Shown: positions 8,491 through 15,938 of the stretch, in pieces
Position numbering within the stretch: position 1 is the stretch's first letter
Layout: each line of letters begins with the position of its first letter
From: Lachnospiraceae bacterium
Lineage (GTDB): Bacteria > Bacillota > Clostridia > Lachnospirales > Lachnospiraceae
NCBI GenBank assembly: GCA_045531905.1
Contig: JAZSEY010000015.1
Span: 1 to 32,000, forward strand
DNA length: 32,000 nt
Direction of reading: 5' to 3'
Made by a program: the position numbers and the translations under genes
The notes under the pieces: model-generated
Told to the model about the DNA's origin: nothing
Databases searched by the model: none
What the model saw: only the letters and a program-made list of their open reading frames with translations

Positions 8491-8975
8491 TTGTCTGTCT
8501 CCTTTCCTTTCTCCGCATCCTTTTTCTTTCTCAGATTTCTAAAAAATGCCGACAACATCTCACTGCATTCCGTCTCCAATGTACTATGCTCAATTTCCAC
8601 CTGATGATTAAATCTAGGTTCCTGTAACATATTATAAATGGAACCGGCACATCCAGCCTTTCCATTCATACAACCAATCACAACCTTATCAATTCTTGCC
8701 TGCACGATGGCGCCGGCACACATCTGACAAGGCTCCAATGTCACATACATGGTGCAACCCTCTAACCGCCAGTCATTTAAGAACTTAGACGCCTTCTCTA
8801 TGGCAAGTAATTCGGCATGTGCCAATGTTGTCTTTTTTAAATTCCGTTTGTTATATCCTCTGGCAATTACCTTATCCTCATATACAATCACGCAGCCAAT
8901 GGGTACATCCCCATTCTTCTCTGCCTTTTTTGCCTGTGAGATTGCCATTTTCATGTATTTTTCTTCTTTTGTCAT
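8487..8975 (-). CDS. tadA: tRNA-specific adenosine deaminase
   Basis: CDA zinc motifs HAELLAIEKA and TLEPCQMCAGAI. I prefer ATG 8973-8975 (MTKEEKYMKMAI) because AGAGG lies 6 nt upstream. The track start at 8999 has no RBS. Confidence 0.9.
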   Translation of the reverse strand: MTKEEKYMKMAISQAKKAEKNGDVPIGCVIVYEDKVIARGYNKRNLKKTTLAHAELLAIEKASKFLNDWRLEGCTMYVTLEPCQMCAGAIVQARIDKVVIGCMNGKAGCAGSIYNMLQEPRFNHQVEIEHSTLETECSEMLSAFFRNLRKKKDAEKGKETDK

Positions 8976-9096
8976 CTCAGACCTCTTGCTATTTTTCATA
9001 CGGTTTTGTAAACTAAAACCATGACATCAGTCAAGTGTTCATATTATATCACAATTTTGACACTCTTGACAAAATCTTTATCCATTGGAGTACGAT

Positions 9097-9642
9097 ATGC
9101 TATTTACAGAAGAAACACAAAGACTCATTTTAAAAGTGGAAACAGAAGAAAAGGCGGCCGACGTTTTAGCATTTTATCAGCGCAACAAGAATTTTTTCAC
9201 CCCTTTTGAACCAACAGTTTCCAACGGCTTCTACACCGAAGCCTACCAACAAAAGTTTTTGTCCTATGAAATGCAGGACATTTTAAATGGCACTTCCCTC
9301 CGTTACTTTATTTATAAAAAAAATGATCCTAACACCATCATCGGTTCCGTAAATTTATGTAACATTTTGCACGGTGCCTTTTCTAAGGCTACCCTTGGCT
9401 ACAAATTAGACTATACTGCAACCGGAAATGGCTATGCTACGGAAGCTGTATTAAAGCTTTTACAAATCGCCGCAGTAGATTTGAAGCTGCACCGAATCGA
9501 GGCAAGAGTAGTTCCAGAAAATCTGCCTTCCATTCAATTGCTGAATCGTCTTCATTTTCAATATGAAGGCGTGGAATATCAATCCATTCTTGTAAATAAT
9601 GCATGGCGGGATTTGCAACGCTATAGTCTTATTCTATATTAG
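9097..9642 (+). CDS. GNAT family N-acetyltransferase (RimJ/RimL-like)
   Basis: GNGYATEAV and RIEARVVPENLPSIQLLNRLHFQYEG are typical of RimJ/L-type GNATs. The track start at 9085 is TTG. ATG 9097 has GGAG 6 nt upstream. Confidence 0.75.
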   Translation: MLFTEETQRLILKVETEEKAADVLAFYQRNKNFFTPFEPTVSNGFYTEAYQQKFLSYEMQDILNGTSLRYFIYKKNDPNTIIGSVNLCNILHGAFSKATLGYKLDYTATGNGYATEAVLKLLQIAAVDLKLHRIEARVVPENLPSIQLLNRLHFQYEGVEYQSILVNNAWRDLQRYSLILY

Positions 9643-9643
9643 A

Positions 9644-10522
9644 TTACAGCTCCACAATCCAATACCCAAATTCGCCCTGTTTTCTGTCTGTCCGTTTTAC
9701 AGAAACAAACTGTTCAAACCCAAACATATTGGCAAGTTCTTTTTCTTTCTGATTGTAAATGCTGGGAACGCCCAATATGATTTTTTCCTCCTCGTCCTGA
9801 AAGCGCAATTTCCCCAACAGTAAATAGTGATACCGATAATAGCCATGCGATAAAAAACTATTATTCCCGTATTTCCAGAACTTCATTTCTAATAAACCAA
9901 TATCCTGTGGCTCGATTCGAATACAATCATAAATTTCACTTCCTTCAAACAAAGGCAGTTTACTCCTCTTATGAAAAAGATAGGAAAGCCCCGGCTCCAC
10001 TTCATTTTCTGATACAGACAGTTCCGCCTCCAATGTATCCGGTTCTCCTTCCTCATCTTTACAGGCTGCTGTTTCCACATCCTCCTCTCCGTCGCCAAAC
10101 AGCAATGACTCCGTCACCTCCGGCTCTTTATTTTCCTGCCACTCCACCATATTCGGTGTCAGCTTCAAATCCTCCCAAACTGTCATATATGCGTGCTCAA
10201 AATCTCCCTGAATCAACACACCGCATATATCCTCCAATCGCAAATGATTACCAGCCATCTGCTCATATTTTGTCACATACCGATATGTAAATTCCCCCTG
10301 CGTCACCGGTTGCTCCACAAGCAAAATGCCTCTGCACCTTTCATATTCCGGCTTACAAATCAACATCACCCTATAGGGCATTTCCACCCGCTCCAAGATT
10401 TTACTCCTCATGGAAAACCGTACATATGCCCCTTTCCGTTCCACCTTCACAAAGCCAGTGTTTTCCATTTTTTCTCCATTATGATAGTGATGTATATATG
10501 AAATAAATCTATTATATTGCAT
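9644..10522 (-). CDS. Hypothetical protein with an acidic central linker; family not recognised
   Basis: Long ORF. The best start is ATG 10520-10522 (MQYNRFISYIHHYHNGEK...), preceded by AAGGGGGA at 10527-10534. The track start at 10543 is TTG. Confidence 0.7.
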   Translation of the reverse strand: MQYNRFISYIHHYHNGEKMENTGFVKVERKGAYVRFSMRSKILERVEMPYRVMLICKPEYERCRGILLVEQPVTQGEFTYRYVTKYEQMAGNHLRLEDICGVLIQGDFEHAYMTVWEDLKLTPNMVEWQENKEPEVTESLLFGDGEEDVETAACKDEEGEPDTLEAELSVSENEVEPGLSYLFHKRSKLPLFEGSEIYDCIRIEPQDIGLLEMKFWKYGNNSFLSHGYYRYHYLLLGKLRFQDEEEKIILGVPSIYNQKEKELANMFGFEQFVSVKRTDRKQGEFGYWIVEL

Positions 10523-10648
10523 ATAGTCCCCCTTCATTTCCAAATTGCTTGTCCACTATCAATATATGAATGGCATGTACAAAATATGCCAATAATTCAG
10601 AAAATCGTAAGGCTACATTATAGACATTTCTGTTAAATATATGTAAAA

Positions 10649-11012
10649 TATAGTGGTGCATAGAGATATAGTGTCTGTGTTTCATATTATTTGGTTGCTT
10701 AGAATGTGTTAGTGGTTCTCTGTGAGATTTATCATGTTCACACACATGTCTGAGCAAAATAGAGGTGTCGATTGGATTCGGCGCGACGCTTGCGCTCGCG
10801 AAAATGCGTAGCAGTACTAATGGGCTAACACATCTATAAGATGTGCTAGCCCATAAGGACTGACGCATTTTGAGGCACGCCTCTATCCAATCGACACCTC
10901 CATTTTGCGAGTTTGTGTGTTAACATGTAATAAAGCCACAGAGAAACACTTATACATTCTTATCAAACAAATACAATGATAAGCAGACACTATATCTCTA
11001 TATAACACTATA
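10649..11012. repeat. Long imperfect palindrome A (about 364 nt foldback)
   Basis: Arms 10649-10834 and 10840-11012 are reverse complements: 53 of 66 outer positions match by hand alignment, and the inner part is higher. The apex loop is near 10835-10839. Local GC-rich hairpins interrupt each arm at 10778-10800 and 10872-10883. Confidence 0.85.
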
Positions 11013-11032
11013 ATATAGATAGGTGATAAATA

Positions 11033-11806
11033 ATGATATTTGATAGTCATGCCCACTACGATGATTCGCGCTTTGACGAGGACCGACACGAACTTTTGAC
11101 TTCTCTCCATGAAAATGGCGTTGGCAAAATCGTTAACATCGGTGCATCTCTTAGAAGCTGTGAAGAGATGATTAATTTTATAGAAAAATATGATTTTATG
11201 TATGGAACCGTTGGTGTTCATCCGGAAGACTTAGCGGCTATGTCAGATGCCTTTCTCGAAAAGATGAAGGTTTGGGCACAACACGAAAAGATTGTTGCCA
11301 TTGGCGAAATTGGTCTGGATTATTACTATGATGATGTTGCACCGAATCTGCAAAAGGAATGGTTTATTAAGCAGGCAAATCTGGCACGGGAATTATCCCT
11401 TCCAATCGTAGTGCATTCCAGAGATGCTGCCAAGGACACTGTAGATATGCTTCGAGGTATGCATGCTGAGGAAATCGGTGGCGTTATCCACTGCTATTCT
11501 TACACAAAGGAAACTGCTAGAGATTTTCTAAATATGGATTTTTATTTTGGTGTTGGTGGTGTCCTTACTTTTAAGAATGGTAAAAAGCTACGAGAGGCAG
11601 TAGAATATATTCCAATAGATAAGATTGTCGTAGAAACCGACTGTCCGTATCTGGCTCCGGAACCTTATCGTGGAAAACGAAACCATTCCGGTTATATCGC
11701 TTATGTTTTGGACAAGCTGGCTGAGATAAAAGGCATTTCTCGAGAAGAATTGGAACGCATTACCTACGAAAATGCTTGCAGACTGTATCGCTTGCCGAAC
11801 GAATAA
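11033..11806 (+). CDS. tatD: TatD family metal-dependent hydrolase/DNase
   Basis: MIFDSHAHYDD, IGEIGLDYYY, VVHSRDA, VETDCPYLAP. RBS AGGTGA. Confidence 0.9.
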   Translation: MIFDSHAHYDDSRFDEDRHELLTSLHENGVGKIVNIGASLRSCEEMINFIEKYDFMYGTVGVHPEDLAAMSDAFLEKMKVWAQHEKIVAIGEIGLDYYYDDVAPNLQKEWFIKQANLARELSLPIVVHSRDAAKDTVDMLRGMHAEEIGGVIHCYSYTKETARDFLNMDFYFGVGGVLTFKNGKKLREAVEYIPIDKIVVETDCPYLAPEPYRGKRNHSGYIAYVLDKLAEIKGISREELERITYENACRLYRLPNE

Positions 11807-11833
11807 AACCAAATCACATTTACGGGAGAATAT

Positions 11834-12700
11834 ATGGAAAAATTAAGTAACCCACAAGTGACAATTGAAACAATTAAAAAATATGAATTTGCATTTCACA
11901 AAAAGTTTGGTCAGAACTTTTTGATTGATGAGCATGTGATTGACAAGATTTTGCGTGCTGCAGATATTACTAAAGATGATGTTGTATTAGAAATCGGTCC
12001 CGGTTTCGGAACTATGACCCAATACATGGCAGAACGTGCCAAGGAAGTCATCGCTGTAGAAATCGACAATAACCTGATTCCGATTTTACAGGAAACTTTG
12101 GCAGACTACGACAATGTCACCATCATCAATGATGACATCTTAAAAGTAGATTTGAATGCTTTGGCAAAAGAGAAGAACAATGGCGCACCTTTTAAGGTGG
12201 TTGCTAATCTTCCATACTACATTACAACACCGATTATCATGGGGATTTTTGAAAATCATGTTCCTGTCAGTTCTGTCACCGTTATGGTGCAAAAAGAGGT
12301 TGCCGACCGTATGCAGGTTGGTCCTGGAACCAAAGACTACGGTGCATTATCCTTGGCAGTGCAATACTATGCTGAACCATACATTGTAGCCAATGTTCCA
12401 CCTAACTGCTTTATGCCACGTCCGGGGGTTGGCTCTGCTGTCATCCGCCTTACAAAATGGGACAAGCCGCCAGTGGAAGTAAAGGATGAAAAGCTGATGT
12501 TTGCCATCATTCGTGCATCCTTCAACCAGCGAAGAAAGACTTTGCAAAATGGAATTAAAAATGCACCAAATCTTTCCTTCACCAAAGAACAGGTAGTAGA
12601 GGCCCTTGCTTCCCTTGGATTACCGGAAAGTATCCGTGGTGAGGCTTTGACACTGACACAATTCGCAGCTTTGTCTGATGCATTGGGAAAGTATCTGTAA
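11834..12700 (+). CDS. rsmA: 16S rRNA (adenine1518/1519-N6)-dimethyltransferase
   Basis: KKFGQNFLID, VLEIGPGFGTMT, VVANLPYYITTPI. RBS GGGAGA. Confidence 0.92.
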   Translation: MEKLSNPQVTIETIKKYEFAFHKKFGQNFLIDEHVIDKILRAADITKDDVVLEIGPGFGTMTQYMAERAKEVIAVEIDNNLIPILQETLADYDNVTIINDDILKVDLNALAKEKNNGAPFKVVANLPYYITTPIIMGIFENHVPVSSVTVMVQKEVADRMQVGPGTKDYGALSLAVQYYAEPYIVANVPPNCFMPRPGVGSAVIRLTKWDKPPVEVKDEKLMFAIIRASFNQRRKTLQNGIKNAPNLSFTKEQVVEALASLGLPESIRGEALTLTQFAALSDALGKYL

Positions 12701-12780
12701 TTCAAAATCAAATTTTCTATCGCAAAACAGTTTGTTTTGTGTTAGGATACGGATTATAAAGAAAGAAACGGGGAATTTTC

Positions 12781-13524
12781 ATGAAACAGAGAATGAAAAA
12801 AATCACAGTATGCTTACTGTTATTTACAATGGTTTTGCAGCTAACCGCCTGCTCCATTTTTGAGAGCAAAAATAAAAAGTATGCTGCTTATGTTACCAGT
12901 TTATTAGATGCAAATTATAAAGGTACCTTCGAGACATTTTTAGAAATGACAGAGTCCGATCAAGAAGCAGTAGAAACTGCTTACAACGAAGGAATTGAAC
13001 ACTTAACCAATTCCTTGATTGCTTATTATGGCATTGAATTGGTGGATGATGGTTCCTTACGAGAAGAGTTTGTGGCTTTGACAAAAAAGATTTATGCCGC
13101 AACAAAGTATGAAGTGAAGCCTGCAGTAAAATCTGGTGATTCCTACACAGTAGAGGTATTGATTTACCCGATTGACATTTTGCAAAGCACTTATGATGAT
13201 GTGATTGCTTACATTGAAAGTTTTAACAAGAAAAAAGAAGCCGGAGATTTCGACGAGTACGAAATCGAACAATATGAAACTGAGTTTGCAAAGGGTATTT
13301 TAGATATCTTAAACAAGTCCGCTGATAACATGGGATATCTTGATTACACATCAACCATCGTCAGCATTTTAACAGAAGGCGATACTTATTATATCAGCGA
13401 TGAAGATTTCACAAAGTTAGATAATCAGTTAATTGCACAGGTTGAAGACACCTCTGAAACGACTGAAGAAGTAACAGAAGAGGCCTCCACTGAGAAGGCC
13501 CCTGGTATCAACGATACTGAATAG
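12781..13524 (+). CDS. Putative lipoprotein of unknown function with an acidic C-terminus
   Basis: Signal peptide with lipobox LQLTAC at residues 20-25. 247 aa. RBS GGGGA. Confidence 0.75.
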   Translation: MKQRMKKITVCLLLFTMVLQLTACSIFESKNKKYAAYVTSLLDANYKGTFETFLEMTESDQEAVETAYNEGIEHLTNSLIAYYGIELVDDGSLREEFVALTKKIYAATKYEVKPAVKSGDSYTVEVLIYPIDILQSTYDDVIAYIESFNKKKEAGDFDEYEIEQYETEFAKGILDILNKSADNMGYLDYTSTIVSILTEGDTYYISDEDFTKLDNQLIAQVEDTSETTEEVTEEASTEKAPGINDTE

Positions 13525-15288
13525 TTATTTTGTTTTAACAGAAATGGTTACGTATTTACCGTAATATTTTTTATTAGCCACCTGCTTGTAGCCGCGAATG
13601 CGGAACTTGTAGGTGGTTTTTGATTTTAATTTTGTAACAGTATGCTGACTTATGCTACCGGATGCCACATCTATAGAATCTATGGTGGCTAGCTTTACAT
13701 ACTTTTTCTTTGTCTTGTTATATTGATAAATCTCATATCCTGTTAACCGCATCTGAGGTGTCCAAGATAATGTAATCTTTGACTTTGTTGGTTTACCTGC
13801 AAAGCCAGTAATTTTATTTACCTTTTGTGCAGTAGATTTGTTGCTGGATGAAGCATACTGACAACCGATTAACGTCGGATACTTTCCACTTTTTTGCTTC
13901 CAATTGGTCTCGGTGGCATTTAGCAAAGTGAGAAAAGACGCCTTTTTCATATCTGCCGCTTCTTTCGGACGGGCAGTTCCTTTATTCCCTTTTCCAATAC
14001 CAACCTTCGCTGTGTTTACTTTATAAAATGTATTTGTCACAGCGCCGCCGTTGTATCCAACTACGCCACCAACCTGTTTCTTGCCTGTGATTTTTCCAGT
14101 ACTATAGCTATCCTGCAACCCAGAACCTGTTTCACTCTCTTGCAGATATCCGATTATACCACCAATAGCTACCCCAGTCTTTCCGCCAACAACTTTTCCT
14201 GTATTATAAGCAGCCGTGCTGATACCGTTATATGCATATCCGGATATACCACCCACATACTGCGTACCGGTTACAACGCCACAATTATATACCTGCTTAA
14301 AATTACCTACTCCACAGATACCACCAACGCGCTCTGTTCCAGTGATTGCACCGTAATTACTACACGCTAACGCCTTGCTGCCATCAATCAGATTGCCCGC
14401 AATTCCACCGACCTCGATGCTACCGGTGATGGTTCCAAGATTAACGCATTTTTTTAAATCTGCGGCAAAAACAGTCATGCCAACCATACCGCCGATGTCC
14501 TGCACACCACAAATACTACCATGATTGACACAAGCCTCAGCCATACCAAGACCCAGGATGCCACCAACAAATTGTGTGCCGTAAATGTCACCATAATTGT
14601 TACTCTTATAAACGCGTCCCAATCCATAACCGGCAATGCCACCAACATTTTTTGTACCGGTAACTTTCGATTTGTTCACACTGCTCTTAATATACTCGAC
14701 TGCCGTATCCTCTCCAAAGGAGCCAACCAGACCGCCAACATTTTCTGTTCCGGAAATGGCACCTGCAACGGTACACTGAATCAGCTTGGTGTTCTTTGCT
14801 ATACCTATCAATCCGCCGACACAAGTCTCTCCCTTAATATTCACCCCTGATAGTTTTACCTTCGTAATCTCTGCACCAACGGTATAAGCAAATAAGCCCT
14901 GTGCCTTCTTTGTCTTCTTAATATACAAATTAGAAATCGTATGCAAATTACCATCAAAATACCCCTGAAACTCAGTCATGGTATTTCCGATAGCAGTCCA
15001 TTTTTTATTATTCAAATCAATGTCTTCTGTCACCAAAAAATATGTATCAATATAAGGCTCGCCTGCATTTACCATCTTTGCTAAATATGCCAAATGCTCC
15101 GGCTTACTAATCTGATACGGATTCTCCTTGGTACCATCGCCCTCGGCATAACTTTCAACTGTCTTGCCGTCCCAACCATCGGTTTCGGCGTGGACTGGAA
15201 TGTACAGTGTACCTGCCCATAGCATCATACTGATTATTACAAAAATGATAGTATGAATATATTTTTTACTATTAATGATGTTTTGCAT
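13525..15288 (-). CDS. Secreted GLUG-motif repeat protein with a C-terminal fibronectin type III-like domain
   Basis: Signal peptide ...LYIPVHA. At least 10 repeats centred on VGG(L/I)(V/I/A)G: VGGLIGIA, VGGLVGSF, VGGIAGYG, VGGILGLG, IGGMVGMT, VGGIAGNL, VGGICGVG, VGGISGYA, IGGIIGYL, VGGVVGYN. C-terminal ITLSWTPQMRLTGYEIYQY...TTYKFRIRGY. Confidence 0.8.
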   Translation of the reverse strand: MQNIINSKKYIHTIIFVIISMMLWAGTLYIPVHAETDGWDGKTVESYAEGDGTKENPYQISKPEHLAYLAKMVNAGEPYIDTYFLVTEDIDLNNKKWTAIGNTMTEFQGYFDGNLHTISNLYIKKTKKAQGLFAYTVGAEITKVKLSGVNIKGETCVGGLIGIAKNTKLIQCTVAGAISGTENVGGLVGSFGEDTAVEYIKSSVNKSKVTGTKNVGGIAGYGLGRVYKSNNYGDIYGTQFVGGILGLGMAEACVNHGSICGVQDIGGMVGMTVFAADLKKCVNLGTITGSIEVGGIAGNLIDGSKALACSNYGAITGTERVGGICGVGNFKQVYNCGVVTGTQYVGGISGYAYNGISTAAYNTGKVVGGKTGVAIGGIIGYLQESETGSGLQDSYSTGKITGKKQVGGVVGYNGGAVTNTFYKVNTAKVGIGKGNKGTARPKEAADMKKASFLTLLNATETNWKQKSGKYPTLIGCQYASSSNKSTAQKVNKITGFAGKPTKSKITLSWTPQMRLTGYEIYQYNKTKKKYVKLATIDSIDVASGSISQHTVTKLKSKTTYKFRIRGYKQVANKKYYGKYVTISVKTK

Positions 15289-15415
15289 AATTTCACTCTC
15301 CTAAGACTACAAATACAATCTCATTTTTCATAATTCTATCATATTGGGGGCGCAATGCAACCTTTTTACCAAACAACTTTGTCTATTTTGCCGAACAATA
15401 ATTTCCTTGTATTCC

Positions 15416-15444
15416 TTGACTTTCATTTTTTCTATGGGTATACT
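15416..15444 (+). promoter_or_regulatory. Candidate sigma-70 promoter for the metG leader
   Basis: TTGACT (15416-15421), 17 nt, TATACT (15439-15444). Confidence 0.55.
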
Positions 15445-15547
15445 TACCACATGAGTATTTTCGGGGTTGCCGAGGCTTATATTCTCATAAGGGGTAAGCC
15501 AAGGAACTGAGAGCACTCACATTACTATTATACAATCATAATCACAA

Positions 15548-15800
15548 AAGCGAAGAAAAGAAGAGTAGGTTAGGAAAGCCGGTACAGAGAGTCCGTAGTT
15601 GCTGAGAGCGGATCTGTGTGGAACTGATTGAAGATGGCCTTGGAGCTGCTGGGGTGAACACATTTGCAAGCCTCAGACGGGAGCACCCGTTATAGTGTGT
15701 CACTGTTTACAGTGTATAAGTTTCGTCTCGTGAGGGACGGAAGAATTAAAGTGGTACCACGGCTAGTAGCTCGTCTTTAAGTTTAAGGACGGGTTTTTTT
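15548..15800 (+). promoter_or_regulatory. T-box riboswitch leader (Met specifier) controlling metG
   Basis: Stem I base AAAGCGAAGAAAAGAAGAGTA. AG bulge and distal loop CAGAGAGTCCGTAGTTGCTGAGAGCGG. Candidate specifier GAAG-AUG-G at 15631-15633. T-box sequence AATTAAAGTGGTACCACGG (15745-15763). Terminator CGTCTTTAA..TTAAGGACG followed by GGTTTTTTT (15772-15800). Confidence 0.85.
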
Positions 15801-15938
15801 GTTTCTATGGGAATCATTTTTTCTATGGAATGCTGCCCTTTATCTGCTTTTCGTATTTGAAGCTGCCTACAGCATCGGATACATTTCCAAACAATTGTCG
15901 ATTATGATTTTCTATCATTTGAAGGAGGGGCTTTTAAA

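Noticed and set aside
10649-11012. Foldback as an assembly or amplification chimera artefact
   Set aside because: The arms are only about 80-90% complementary, with indels and arm-specific inserts. Artefactual foldbacks would be perfect inverted duplications. Two other related but non-identical elements also exist in the window.
10512-11221. Two minus-strand ORFs of 118 and 112 aa in the tatD upstream region
   Set aside because: They lie entirely within the two arms of palindrome A, so they are mirror-image readings of the same sequence. They have no RBS and odd composition, and the second runs antisense into tatD.
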